64,000 bases of DNA from NCBI GenBank assembly GCA_902591665.1, contig CACJBO010000001.1, positions 199,085-263,084 of the forward strand, in the 5' to 3' direction. Of this stretch, positions 36,542 to 46,926 are shown in pieces. Under the pieces are notes generated by a model. It had not been told where the DNA came from. It ran no database searches and saw nothing but the letters and a program-made list of their open reading frames with translations. Within the stretch, counting starts at the first letter, position 1. Each line of letters starts with the position of its first letter. This DNA is from an uncultured SAR86 cluster bacterium. GTDB lineage: Bacteria > Pseudomonadota > Gammaproteobacteria > Magnimaribacterales > D2472. Position numbers and translations under genes: made by a program.

Positions 36542-37401
36542 AACTCTTAAGAAGTTACTACCTGCTCTGTAAGCCTAATGTAGTTTATATGATGCTTATT
36601 TGTGCCTTGGTAGGAATGCTTCTGGCTGAACAAACAATTAGTTCAGTTTCAACAATTTTAATCGCATTAATTGGAATTGCCTTATGTTCAGGCTCAGCTG
36701 CTGCAATCAACCAAGTTATTGATAGAAAAGCAGATGCAGCCATGACTCGAACTGATCAAAGACCTCTTCCCCAAGGAGAGCTTAGTGCACTTCATGCTTC
36801 TTCTTTTGCTTTGGTGATTGGTTTTGTAGGAGCTTTAATTTTATTCCTATACATAAATACATTAACAATGATCTTAACCCTTGCCTCGTTAATTGGTTAT
36901 GCATTTATTTATACTGTATATCTAAAAAGAGCAACACCACAAAATATTGTTATCGGTGGTTTAGCAGGAGCGGCGCCTCCGCTATTAGGTTGGGCTGCAA
37001 TTTCTAATACAATAGATCCCTACGCGCTTTTATTGGTCTTAATAATTTTTGTTTGGACCCCGCCACACTTTTGGGCATTGGCAATTTATCGAAAGGAAGA
37101 ATATGCAAAAGAGTCTATCCCAATGCTTCCAGTTACTCATGGAGTTGCATTTACTAAACTTCAAATTGTCTTGTATACAATTATCTTATTTATCGTTAGT
37201 GTGCTCCCATACATAGTATTAATGTCTGGAGTTATTTATCTAGTTTCAGCAATAATACTTAGCTCAATATTTATGTACTATGCAGTTAAGTTATATTTTA
37301 CTGATGACGACGCTGTTGCAATGAAAACATTTAATTTTTCTATCTATTATATTTTTCTGATATTTGTTGCTTTATTGCTAGATCATTATCTTGTCTCATG
37401 A
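36529..37401 (+). CDS. ctaB: Protoheme IX farnesyltransferase (heme O synthase)
   Basis: UbiA-family motifs NQVIDRKADAAMTRTDQRPLP and WTPPHFWALA. The start is either the TTG at 36529 or the ATG at 36538. Confidence 0.92.
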   Translation: MEKMKLLRSYYLLCKPNVVYMMLICALVGMLLAEQTISSVSTILIALIGIALCSGSAAAINQVIDRKADAAMTRTDQRPLPQGELSALHASSFALVIGFVGALILFLYINTLTMILTLASLIGYAFIYTVYLKRATPQNIVIGGLAGAAPPLLGWAAISNTIDPYALLLVLIIFVWTPPHFWALAIYRKEEYAKESIPMLPVTHGVAFTKLQIVLYTIILFIVSVLPYIVLMSGVIYLVSAIILSSIFMYYAVKLYFTDDDAVAMKTFNFSIYYIFLIFVALLLDHYLVS

Positions 37402-38036
37402 AAGGAATAAACAGAAATTTACTTCTAATAGCTATCTTCATGATAACTGTTCTTGGTTTGTTTATTAATAAACTTACAACCCCTAGAACGCTTTCGGATG
37501 ATGAGTTACTTGTTAACGGCCTGTTTGTATTCAACGAACCAAAACAAATATCAGATTTTGAATTTTTTTCATCCAAACAAAAGGCATTTACAAAAAATGA
37601 CCTCATTGGTAAGTGGACTCTGATGTATTTTGGTTTTACAAAATGCCCCGATGAATGCCCAACAACCATGTACCAACTATCTAAACTTATAAAAGTGCTC
37701 AGAGACAAAGACTATAAACTAGATGATAAGCAGTGGGTTTTAGTTTCAATTGACCCTGAAAGAGATACCCCAGATATGATAGATAAATATGCAAAAGGTT
37801 TTGATAAAGATTTTATTGGTGTTAGCAATTCTAGACCTATGCTCTTAAGCTTAGCTACTCAATTGTCAGTTAATAATGTGATGCCAGATCACTCAAACCA
37901 TATGGATCACTCTCATTTAGACAATCATGTAAACAATATTATTTTATTGGATCCAAATGGAGATTTTGCTGGTATATTTAGACCGCCTTTTGATATTTCA
38001 AGGCTTTCTTTAACTTATCAATCTGTTACAAATTAA
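37398..38036 (+). CDS. senC: SCO1/SenC copper chaperone
   Basis: 212 aa with an N-terminal TM helix, FGFTKCPDECP (CxxxC) motif and the LLDPNG tail. Confidence 0.88.
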   Translation: MKGINRNLLLIAIFMITVLGLFINKLTTPRTLSDDELLVNGLFVFNEPKQISDFEFFSSKQKAFTKNDLIGKWTLMYFGFTKCPDECPTTMYQLSKLIKVLRDKDYKLDDKQWVLVSIDPERDTPDMIDKYAKGFDKDFIGVSNSRPMLLSLATQLSVNNVMPDHSNHMDHSHLDNHVNNIILLDPNGDFAGIFRPPFDISRLSLTYQSVTN

Positions 38037-38054
38037 ATCATGTTTGTAACAGAT
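38021..38054 (+). terminator. 12-bp perfect hairpin spanning the senC stop codon (possible end of the cox transcript)
   Basis: ATCTGTTACAAA (38021-38032), loop TTAAATCATG, then TTTGTAACAGAT (38043-38054), followed by CTTTAATAT, which is only a weak U-tract. Confidence 0.4.
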
Positions 38055-38083
38055 CTTTAATATAATTAGGATAAATTTAAAGC

Positions 38084-39436
38084 ATGGATAATTCAAAAAG
38101 ACTATTTATGAAACGTGCAGGACAGTCTTCTGCAATGTTAATGTTATTCGCATATGGTGGAGGTAAGTTATTTGCTGCTAACAATCCAATATCATCAAAT
38201 ACAAAATGGGATGGACTGTTACTAAAAGATCCAAAAGCTTTATTTGATTTACCTAAAGACTTTTCATACAAAGTGCTTATGTCCACTGGTGATGTTATGA
38301 CAGATGGCCTTAAGTATGGCGGAAGACCAGATGGAATGGGTGCTTTTGAATTAAAAGACGGCTCAGTAGCATTAGTAGTTAATCATGAAACAAAGAATAG
38401 GGATAAGCATTTAGAACTATCAACAGCATACAATGACTCTAATGGTAGACCTTTTTCTGGTGGCACAAGCACCATTGTGCTTGAGTCAGATGGTTTGACT
38501 TTAAAGCGTGCCAACAGAAGCCTTTCAGGAACAATCGACAATTGTGCAGGAGGAACCACCCCATGGAATACATGGATTTCATGTGAAGAAACATATAGAG
38601 AAAATCACGGTTACGCTTTTGAAGTAGACCCAGAGGCTGATTCACTTAAAGGCTACAAAAGATTAACCCATATGGGTAGATTTCAAAGAGAAGCAATAAC
38701 AGTTGATTTAAATGACCCAAATGGAAGTGTTTATCAAACCGAAGATGATTACAGTGGCTTATTCTATAAGTTTGTACCAAACAAAAAAAACAATCTCAGC
38801 GGAAGAGGAAAGCTTTACGCACTAAAAATACCGGGAGTTGAAAATACCTCAAACAAAGATGGATTGATTAGTGTCGGAGACAATTTTCCTGTTGAATGGG
38901 TTCGTATAAAAGACCCTTTGGCGAAATCTACCAAAACCAAAATTCAAGGTAAAAAAATTGGTGCTTCAATTTTTAATGGAGGGGAAGGAATTATTTTCAC
39001 AAATGATAAAAATATGACTTCCAATATATTCTTTACTTGTAAAAAAGGTGGCAAGGCAGGATTGGGACAAATTTGGAAATATTCTCCTGTGAATTCAGAA
39101 ATATCACTTTTTTATGAATCTGATAATGCTAGCAACCTTTGGGAAGGCGACAACATAAACATAACCCCATGGGGAGACTTAATAATATGTGAGGATAATG
39201 GAAGCAATGCCTGTAAGCTTATTGGTTGCACGCCTAATGGGACCCTTTATCCTCTAGGAAGAGTTGCAGGAAATAGCAGCTCAGAAATTGCGGGCATATG
39301 TTTTTCACCTGATGGAAAAAATATGTATCTTAATATACAAGATAGAGGCAAAACTATTGCTGTTACTGGTGATTGGAATAAAATCAGAGAATATAGAGAT
39401 GAGCTCGATTCAAACCTGGTTCACTATAATTCTTAG
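38084..39436 (+). CDS. Secreted DUF839/PhoX-family beta-propeller protein (putative phosphatase)
   Basis: 450 aa. The N-terminal SKRLFMKRAG plus hydrophobic stretch is Tat-like. The GRPDGMGAF, VVNHE and DNCAGGTTPWNTWISCEE blocks are as in PhoX-type proteins. Confidence 0.6.
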   Translation: MDNSKRLFMKRAGQSSAMLMLFAYGGGKLFAANNPISSNTKWDGLLLKDPKALFDLPKDFSYKVLMSTGDVMTDGLKYGGRPDGMGAFELKDGSVALVVNHETKNRDKHLELSTAYNDSNGRPFSGGTSTIVLESDGLTLKRANRSLSGTIDNCAGGTTPWNTWISCEETYRENHGYAFEVDPEADSLKGYKRLTHMGRFQREAITVDLNDPNGSVYQTEDDYSGLFYKFVPNKKNNLSGRGKLYALKIPGVENTSNKDGLISVGDNFPVEWVRIKDPLAKSTKTKIQGKKIGASIFNGGEGIIFTNDKNMTSNIFFTCKKGGKAGLGQIWKYSPVNSEISLFYESDNASNLWEGDNINITPWGDLIICEDNGSNACKLIGCTPNGTLYPLGRVAGNSSSEIAGICFSPDGKNMYLNIQDRGKTIAVTGDWNKIREYRDELDSNLVHYNS

Positions 39437-40437
39437 AAATTAATAACAACTTTTCCTTTAGCTTTTCTATCTTTTAGATGGGCAATTGCCTCTGCAGAAG
39501 TCTCCAGTGTAAATTTATCTGAGGGAGCAGGGTTAATTTTCCCATCTTCATACATTTCGAATAACTCCTCAAAGTTTTTTTGATTTTCTGCAGGGAACAT
39601 CCCCGTCCAAGCACCCCAAAAGACTCCAACAATTTGACAGCCTTTTAGCAAAGTTAAATTTAAAGGCATTTTAGGAATTTGATCTGCTCCTGCTGCAAAG
39701 CCAATGACAAGATACCTGCCATCCCAGGCTATTGATCTTAAACATGGCTCTGCGTATGTTCCACCAACAGGATCATAAATAACATTGGGTCCGAGGCCCC
39801 CTGTTAATTCTTTAATTTTTTTTGAAAGATCTTTTTGTTGATCTTTATCGAGGTTTCCTGATGGATAAACAAAACCTTCATCCGCACCATTTTCTATGCA
39901 GATATCAACCTTCTCTTGAGTTGAAGCGGCCGCTATAACCTTGGCGCCCATTGCCTTGCCAAGCTGAACGGTTGCTAAACCTACACCACCTGAAGCTCCA
40001 AGAACTAAAAGAGTTTCACCAGCTTTAAGATTTGCTCTTTGTTTTAATGCATATATAGAGGTTCCATATGTAACAGACAGTGCAGCAGCTATTTCAAAAT
40101 CCATATTTTCAGGTATGGGCCTGACATTGTTTTTATGTGCTAATATTTTTTCACAAATACCACCTACTCCAGTTGCAGCAAAAACCTTGTCACCAATATT
40201 AAACCCTTCAACACCATCACCTATTTCTATAACTACCCCTGCTGATTCTCCTCCAGGAATAAAAGGAAGTGGCGGCTGAAATTGATATAAACCTTGGATC
40301 ATTAAAACATCAGGAAAATTTACACTCGCAGACTTTACTTCAATAATGATGTGATCTTCAGCAATCTCTGGATCTGCAACATCGTTTACGACTAATTTTT
40401 CTGGACCGCCAAGTTCTACACATTGTAAGGCTTTCAT
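39433..40437 (-). CDS. qor: NADPH:quinone oxidoreductase / zinc-type MDR dehydrogenase family
   Basis: 334 aa with GASGGVGLATVQLGKAMGAKVIA cofactor-binding motif and a GroES-like N-terminal domain. Confidence 0.8.
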   Translation of the reverse strand: MKALQCVELGGPEKLVVNDVADPEIAEDHIIIEVKSASVNFPDVLMIQGLYQFQPPLPFIPGGESAGVVIEIGDGVEGFNIGDKVFAATGVGGICEKILAHKNNVRPIPENMDFEIAAALSVTYGTSIYALKQRANLKAGETLLVLGASGGVGLATVQLGKAMGAKVIAAASTQEKVDICIENGADEGFVYPSGNLDKDQQKDLSKKIKELTGGLGPNVIYDPVGGTYAEPCLRSIAWDGRYLVIGFAAGADQIPKMPLNLTLLKGCQIVGVFWGAWTGMFPAENQKNFEELFEMYEDGKINPAPSDKFTLETSAEAIAHLKDRKAKGKVVINF

Positions 40438-40449
40438 ATTTACCCCTAT

Positions 40450-41943
40450 TTATATTTTTGAGTTGTATGAGTTAACAAACTCATCAAAAGCTATTTCTTG
40501 CTTTTGATTTATTCTATCAAACTCTTTTAATGAATCACTAGCTTCCTTTTCGCACAATTCAACGTCAATATTTGAAAAAGAATTAATTGTCTGATAATTT
40601 TCAATAGTTTTTTTAATACCAAAATCATGAAACGATTCTGCTTGGTTAAACTTATTTTTTTTAAAGTTCCCTAAATTTTTAATGGCATCAATAAAAGCTT
40701 GATCTTCAAATTCTAATGCTAACTGCCCAAGTTCTTTAATTAGTTCTTGTCTAGCTACATTTATAGATATTTCTTTATCTTTATATAAGACTTTAAGGTT
40801 TGGATTTCTACCTGATTTAATTACATTTATATCTTGTTGTTCAATTTGAATTTTTTCTTTGTCAGTCATTTTTCGACTTGGCGTTATTAAACAATAAATA
40901 AGAAGAAGATCTAGTATTCTAATATGATCTTTAGAAATGCCGACGGCCTCATTTGGATTGAGATCAATTCCCCTAACCTCAACATACTGAATGCCTTGTT
41001 CTTTAAGAAGCTGATAAGGTCTTTGACCGCTTTTGCCGGCTCTTTTTGGTCTAATGCAGTCATAAAGCTCATTTTCAATTTGTAAAATACCATTCGATAT
41101 TTGATGAAACTTATTGTCATTATCTTTTAGTCCAAGTTTCTCAAAATCAGAATAAGGATTTATTATTGCGTTTTTTAGTTCAGACAAAAATGCATCTAGA
41201 TCATTGTATTTAAAATTGAGATTTTTTTGAGCTTTGCTTTGATAGCCGATGTCACTCATTCGAAGTGAAGTTGCATAGGGTTTAAATAAATCTGATTCAT
41301 TGAGAATATCTAAATCATTGGCTCTGCCTGCAACAAAAGATTTGTCTATAACAGGAGAGTTGCCAAATTCAATTAACACGAACCAAAATAATCTTTTGAA
41401 ATTTCTGATTAAATTTAGATAAGCTTTATTTTTCTCATTTTGAGATGAATATCCTAGATGCTTTAATGATTTGTCTGATATAGAAAAGTTATAGTGTATC
41501 CCTGATACGCACTGCATTGTTTTCCCATACCTAATCGCAAGACCTTTTCGATAAACATGTTTCAGCCTACCCATATTAGTTTTTCCATATGTTGCAATAT
41601 TTATTTTGGTCTCATCTTCTATTTTTGGAGGCATCGAAAATGGCCAAAGCATTTCTCCATCTTCTAGATTTTGATTTATAAAAATATGAATTATTTTTAG
41701 TTTTTCATAAAGTTCATCGACGCTTGTATAGGTGGGTGTAACAATCTCAATAAGAGATTCTGCAAAGTCAGTAGTTATTGATGGGTTTGTATAAGAAGAC
41801 CCAAGGGTTTCAGGATGTTTTTTGTTTGAGATATAGCCGTTTTTAGTAACTCTTAATGACTCTTTCTCAATACCTCTTTCTATTATTAGGTTTGAGAAAA
41901 AAGATTGATTTTTAAGATTTTCTAATAGATTGTGGAAGTCCAC
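40450..41943 (-). CDS. gshA: Glutamate--cysteine ligase
   Basis: 497 aa. The N-terminal RGIEKESLRV block parallels E. coli GshA RGLERETLRV. GTG start. Confidence 0.9.
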   Translation of the reverse strand: MDFHNLLENLKNQSFFSNLIIERGIEKESLRVTKNGYISNKKHPETLGSSYTNPSITTDFAESLIEIVTPTYTSVDELYEKLKIIHIFINQNLEDGEMLWPFSMPPKIEDETKINIATYGKTNMGRLKHVYRKGLAIRYGKTMQCVSGIHYNFSISDKSLKHLGYSSQNEKNKAYLNLIRNFKRLFWFVLIEFGNSPVIDKSFVAGRANDLDILNESDLFKPYATSLRMSDIGYQSKAQKNLNFKYNDLDAFLSELKNAIINPYSDFEKLGLKDNDNKFHQISNGILQIENELYDCIRPKRAGKSGQRPYQLLKEQGIQYVEVRGIDLNPNEAVGISKDHIRILDLLLIYCLITPSRKMTDKEKIQIEQQDINVIKSGRNPNLKVLYKDKEISINVARQELIKELGQLALEFEDQAFIDAIKNLGNFKKNKFNQAESFHDFGIKKTIENYQTINSFSNIDVELCEKEASDSLKEFDRINQKQEIAFDEFVNSYNSKI

Positions 41944-41951
41944 AGCTTTCT

Positions 41952-43493
41952 CTAAAATTTTGGTCCTGCAGAAATAATATCATGTCCGACATCAAATTTT
42001 TTAAAGTTATTTTGGAATTTTTCGACTAATTCTTTTAAGTATGTTTGATAGTTTTCACTATCTGACCATGTCTCAATTGGGTTTAATAGTTTGCTGTCAA
42101 TTCCATCAACATTTTTTGGTATTTCTAAATTAAGTCCTGGAACATGCTGAGTCTCAACATCATTAAGCTCACCATTTTGAATAGCATTAACTATCCTTCT
42201 TGTGGTTGGTATATCAAACCTTGACCCAATACCATACGGACCACCAGTCCATCCGGTATTTACAAGAAAAACTTTGGAGTTATAAGCCTCAACTCTTTTC
42301 ATTAATAAATCAGCATATACCCCTGCAGGTCTTGGGAAGAATGGAGCCCCAAAACATGTTGAAAAAGTAGATTCTATAGTTGAGTCTGATCCTACTTCTG
42401 TTGAGCCAACTTTTGCGGTATAGCCGCTTAGAAAATGATAGGCAGCTGCTTCCTTAGTAAGAATAGATACGGGGGGTATGAGTCCGGTTAGGTCACAAGT
42501 TAAAAAAATTACTGTTTCAGGTTCACCAGCAGCATTCTCTTCTACAGCATCTTCAATATGAGATCTAGGGTAACAACATCTTCCGTTTTCAGATAGTGTT
42601 GTATTGTAATAATCAGGTTCATTGGCTTCATTTAAGAAAACGTTTTCAATAACACTACCATGTTTGATTGCTTTATAAATTACAGGTTCATTTTTTTCAG
42701 AGAGATCTATAGTTTTGGCATAACATCCGCCCTCAAAATTGAATACAGAGCCTTGGCCCCAGCCATGTTCATCGTCACCAATTAATGAACAGGTTGGGTC
42801 TGCTGATAAAGTTGTTTTACCTGTTCCTGACAAGCCAAAAAATAGGGCCACCTTACCTTCAGAATTAACATTAGCTGAGCAGTGCATAGGGAGAACACCT
42901 TTTTCAGGTAGTAAAAAATTTTGAGCAGAAAACATAGATTTTTTTAGTTCGCCTGCATATTTCATTCCAGCAAGCAAAACTTTTCTTTTTTCAAAATTTA
43001 TTATTACGCATCCTTCCGAATTAGTTCCATCTTCTTCAGGAATACACTCATAATTATAAGCACTTAAAATTTCCCACTCCTCTTTCTTTGACGGATTGTA
43101 TTCTTGAGGAACAACAAATATTAATCTTGCAAATAAGCCATGCCAGGCAGTCTCCGTTGTAACCTTGATGGGTAAATAATGATCTTCATGAGAACCAACA
43201 TGGAGTTGAGAGGTATATCTATTTTTTTTAGAAAGATAGCTTTCAACTTTATCCCAAAGCAAGTCAAACTTTTGAGAGTTAAAAGGCTTATTTATGTCAC
43301 CCCAATCTATAAGACCTGAGGTTGTTGGTTCATCTACAATGAATCTATCATTGGGGCTTCTGCCTGTCCTAGATCCAGTAGAGGTAGAAAAAGCACCATT
43401 GCTCGCAATAATACCTTCATTATTTTTTACAGCTTCTGAAATTAGCTCTTCATTATTTAGATGAAATGCTTGTGCTGGATTTGTTTCGCTCAT
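41952..43493 (-). CDS. pckA: Phosphoenolpyruvate carboxykinase (ATP)
   Basis: 513 aa with the [11 protein letters not shown] kinase-1a motif and the IGDDEHGW block. Confidence 0.96.
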   Translation of the reverse strand: MSETNPAQAFHLNNEELISEAVKNNEGIIASNGAFSTSTGSRTGRSPNDRFIVDEPTTSGLIDWGDINKPFNSQKFDLLWDKVESYLSKKNRYTSQLHVGSHEDHYLPIKVTTETAWHGLFARLIFVVPQEYNPSKKEEWEILSAYNYECIPEEDGTNSEGCVIINFEKRKVLLAGMKYAGELKKSMFSAQNFLLPEKGVLPMHCSANVNSEGKVALFFGLSGTGKTTLSADPTCSLIGDDEHGWGQGSVFNFEGGCYAKTIDLSEKNEPVIYKAIKHGSVIENVFLNEANEPDYYNTTLSENGRCCYPRSHIEDAVEENAAGEPETVIFLTCDLTGLIPPVSILTKEAAAYHFLSGYTAKVGSTEVGSDSTIESTFSTCFGAPFFPRPAGVYADLLMKRVEAYNSKVFLVNTGWTGGPYGIGSRFDIPTTRRIVNAIQNGELNDVETQHVPGLNLEIPKNVDGIDSKLLNPIETWSDSENYQTYLKELVEKFQNNFKKFDVGHDIISAGPKF

Positions 43494-43545
43494 ATTTAAC
43501 CCTATTAAAACATATAACAGTAAATTATTTACATATTTGTAGTGA

Positions 43546-43574
43546 ATTAAATATTACGATTAAATGATAGTCAA
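43546..43574 (-). promoter_or_regulatory. Candidate sigma70 promoter for pckA (TTGACT-N17-TTTAAT on the minus strand)
   Basis: The reverse complement has TTGACT (43574-43569), a 17-nt spacer and TTTAAT (43551-43546). Both hexamers match the consensus at 5 of 6 positions. It lies about 50 nt upstream of the pckA ATG. Confidence 0.4.
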
Positions 43575-43648
43575 ACTATATAAAAAAGCCTTAATCTATA
43601 GGTTTTAGAGGTAATTTTACTTGTAGTTTTATTACAAAATATCAGAAT

Positions 43649-44161
43649 TTATACTCTGAATAATTTTAAAATAGATGATATCAAGAAAACTAGAAAGAAT
43701 ATAAAGCCCCACTCAGCAAAGTTAAAAATGAAACTCCAGTTAACTTCAGCACAAGTTGGGCCTCCCTTATATGCATTTGCAATTCCTCCAAAAAAGCCAA
43801 AATATTCTATTTGTGTCTCTAATGGCATGCCGCATCCCATTGGTAAATTACTAATTTCTTCTTGGCTTAAATTTTGAAGATATATCTGTTTCCCTGTCAC
43901 AGCTAGACCGGCCATAGATGCCAATACTATAAAAAATTTATCAATTAAAAATAATTTCTTTGCTATAAACCCAAAAAATGCTATTACAGCAATAATGCCA
44001 AAAACATATCTTGTCATTATGCACATTGGACAGGCTTGGAGACCTAAGATGTTATCCATCAAGATTGCTAATAAAATTATTGCAGTTGCACCTAAACATG
44101 AGGCTATTTCGAAATAGTTTTGATACACTGAAATAGTAAAATTTTTAAGACGTTTAAACAT
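43649..44161 (-). CDS. dsbB: Disulfide bond formation protein B
   Basis: 170 aa 4-TM protein with CPMC in the first periplasmic loop and a second Cys pair (GCG...PTCAEV). Confidence 0.85.
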   Translation of the reverse strand: MFKRLKNFTISVYQNYFEIASCLGATAIILLAILMDNILGLQACPMCIMTRYVFGIIAVIAFFGFIAKKLFLIDKFFIVLASMAGLAVTGKQIYLQNLSQEEISNLPMGCGMPLETQIEYFGFFGGIANAYKGGPTCAEVNWSFIFNFAEWGFIFFLVFLISSILKLFRV

Positions 44162-44235
44162 AAAAATAGACTCGTTTTACAATAGTATAAGAAATACTTT
44201 TACAGAATACACCTTAGGCAGGAAATTTAATTAAT

Positions 44236-46926
44236 ATGAAAGATAGAGTTTTTATAATCGATGGTTCTTCATATTTATATCGTGCATATCACGCGATGCC
44301 TCCTTTAAGCACATCAAAAGGTCAGCCCACTGGGGCAATCAAGGGAGTCACTAATATGCTAATGACTTTAAAAAAAGATAGCGAAGGATCTCCAATAATT
44401 GTAGTTTTTGATGCTAAAGGAAAAACATTTAGAAGTGAAATTTATAAAGAATATAAAGCCAATAGACCGCCGATGCCTGATGACCTGAGGGAACAGCTGG
44501 AGCCTCTAAAGGAAATTTGTAAAGCAATTGGATTTCCTCTTATTGAGATTCCAGGAGTTGAAGCAGATGATGTAATTGCAACTTTGGTAAACAAGGCAAA
44601 AGAAAAAAACTTTAAAGCGGTTGTATCTTCTTTGGATAAAGATTTGATGCAATTAGTTGAAGATCCAAATATAACAATTATGAATACAATGAAGCATCAA
44701 ATTTTTACCGAAGCCAAGGTATTTGAAAAATTTGGTGTTCAGCCAAATCAAATAAGAGACATGCTTGCTCTGGTTGGAGATAGTTCTGATAATATCCCCG
44801 GGGTTCCTAAGGTTGGTCAAAAAACAGCAGCTAAGTGGCTGAATGAATATAAGAACTTAGATGGTATAAAAGATAATGCTGAATTAATTAAGGGTGTTGT
44901 TGGAGAAAATCTCCGTAACTTTCTTGCAGATTTAGAGAGAAATGTTGAACTTGTATCATTGAAATACGATGTTGAACTTGGTGTGGGCTTTGATAGCTTG
45001 CTCCAGCTCAAACCCGATCAAGAAAAATTAGATGAGCTTTTTGTTGAACTAGAGTTCAAAGCATTACCAAAAAACACTTCTAAACAACCTGATGTTAAAG
45101 AAACCCTCAAAGAGAAAAACGAAAACTATGAAACCGTTCTAAGCAAAGACCAACTTAAAGCTTGGGCCAAAAATCTTGATGAATGTAAAGTTTTTGCAAT
45201 AGATACTGAAACAGACTCATTGGATACAATTACTGCGAATCTTGTTGGCATATCATTATCTGTTAAAGAAGGAGCTGGATGTTATATACCAATAGGTCAT
45301 ACTTATGAAGGATGCTCTGATCAACTAAGTTTAGATTTAGTAATTGAAATAATTGGCAAGGCTATAGAGCGAAACAAGGAAAAAGCAGTTGGCCAGAATT
45401 TAAAATTTGATATACCAATTTTATCTAGGCATAAGATTCAGTTAGATAAATTTCATGCAGATACTATGCTTATGTCGTATGTGCTCAATAGTACTGCAAC
45501 CAGACATGGTATGGATAAGTTAGCTTCATATTATCTTGATTATGAAACAATAAAGTATGGTGATGTTGCTGGCACCGCATCAAAACAAATTAGTTTTTCA
45601 GAGGTTGAAATTGATGTTGCAACTAACTATGCAGCAGAAGATGCCGATATAACTTTAAGACTTTACAACAAACTTGAGGGACTGCTTGAAGACAAGCCAA
45701 CACAAAAAAAATTACTTGAAAATATTGAGTACCCACTTGTCCATGTTCTCTCGAAAGTTGAACAAAACGGGGCAAAAATAGACAAAAAAAAGTTAGCTGC
45801 TCACTCAGAAGAGCTTGCAGAAAAAATATTAGACCTAAGCTCTAAGGCTTTCAAAATTGCTGGTGAAGAATTTAATTTAGACTCACCCAAGCAACTTTTA
45901 GAAGTTTTATATGAAAAGCTAAAGTTGCCAGTCCTCAAAAAAACTCCTAAAGGACAGCCATCAACAAATGAAGAAACCCTTCAAAGACTATCAGAAGAAT
46001 ATGAGTTACCAAAAATCATTCTTCAATATAGAACTTTAGCAAAGCTTAAATCAACCTATACCGACAGTCTTATTAAAATTGAGAATCCGGCAACGCAAAG
46101 AATCCATACTTCTTATCAACAAGCTATAACCTCAACCGGAAGGCTTTCGTCTACAGAGCCTAATTTACAGAACATACCAATTAAAACCTCAGAAGGAAGA
46201 AGAATAAGAGAAGCTTTTGTTCCAGAAAAAGGTAATGTTTTGATATCATCAGATTATTCACAGATTGAGCTTAGAATCATGGCGCATCTTTCGAAAGATA
46301 AAAATTTAACAAATGCATTTAATAAAGGATTAGACGTTCATTCCTCAACAGCCGCAGAGGTCTTTGGAGTAAATATAGAAAATGTAACAGATGAGCAAAG
46401 AAGAAGTGCAAAAGCAATTAACTTTGGCTTAATGTATGGGATGTCAGCCTTCGGATTAACAAGACAACTAGATATACCCAGAGCAGATGCACAAAAATAT
46501 TTAGATACTTATTTTGAAAGATATACGGGCGTAAAAGATTATATGGCCAATACAAAAGCTCAAGCAAAAGAAGACATGTTTGTTGAAACCATAATGGGAA
46601 GACGCCTGTATCTTAATGAAATCAATGCTGCTAACGGCCTTAGAAGACAAGCGGCAGAAAGAGCTGCTATTAACGCACCTTTGCAGGGATCAGCAGCGGA
46701 CATAATTAAAAAAGCTATGATAGACATAAATGCATTTTTAGATAAAGAGTTGTCTCAAACAAAAATGATTATGCAAGTGCATGATGAATTAATTTTTGAA
46801 ACACCCAAAGCAAATGCTGAAGAAATTTTAAATTTAATGAAGGATATGATGGAAAAAGCTGTAAAGCTTGATATCCCTCTAATTGCAGATGCAGCAATAG
46901 GGCAAAATTGGAATGAAGCACATTAA
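44236..46926 (+). CDS. polA: DNA polymerase I
   Basis: 896 aa with 5'-nuclease, 3'-5' exonuclease (FAIDTETDSL) and polymerase (QVHDELIFE) domains. Confidence 0.97.
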   Translation: MKDRVFIIDGSSYLYRAYHAMPPLSTSKGQPTGAIKGVTNMLMTLKKDSEGSPIIVVFDAKGKTFRSEIYKEYKANRPPMPDDLREQLEPLKEICKAIGFPLIEIPGVEADDVIATLVNKAKEKNFKAVVSSLDKDLMQLVEDPNITIMNTMKHQIFTEAKVFEKFGVQPNQIRDMLALVGDSSDNIPGVPKVGQKTAAKWLNEYKNLDGIKDNAELIKGVVGENLRNFLADLERNVELVSLKYDVELGVGFDSLLQLKPDQEKLDELFVELEFKALPKNTSKQPDVKETLKEKNENYETVLSKDQLKAWAKNLDECKVFAIDTETDSLDTITANLVGISLSVKEGAGCYIPIGHTYEGCSDQLSLDLVIEIIGKAIERNKEKAVGQNLKFDIPILSRHKIQLDKFHADTMLMSYVLNSTATRHGMDKLASYYLDYETIKYGDVAGTASKQISFSEVEIDVATNYAAEDADITLRLYNKLEGLLEDKPTQKKLLENIEYPLVHVLSKVEQNGAKIDKKKLAAHSEELAEKILDLSSKAFKIAGEEFNLDSPKQLLEVLYEKLKLPVLKKTPKGQPSTNEETLQRLSEEYELPKIILQYRTLAKLKSTYTDSLIKIENPATQRIHTSYQQAITSTGRLSSTEPNLQNIPIKTSEGRRIREAFVPEKGNVLISSDYSQIELRIMAHLSKDKNLTNAFNKGLDVHSSTAAEVFGVNIENVTDEQRRSAKAINFGLMYGMSAFGLTRQLDIPRADAQKYLDTYFERYTGVKDYMANTKAQAKEDMFVETIMGRRLYLNEINAANGLRRQAAERAAINAPLQGSAADIIKKAMIDINAFLDKELSQTKMIMQVHDELIFETPKANAEEILNLMKDMMEKAVKLDIPLIADAAIGQNWNEAH

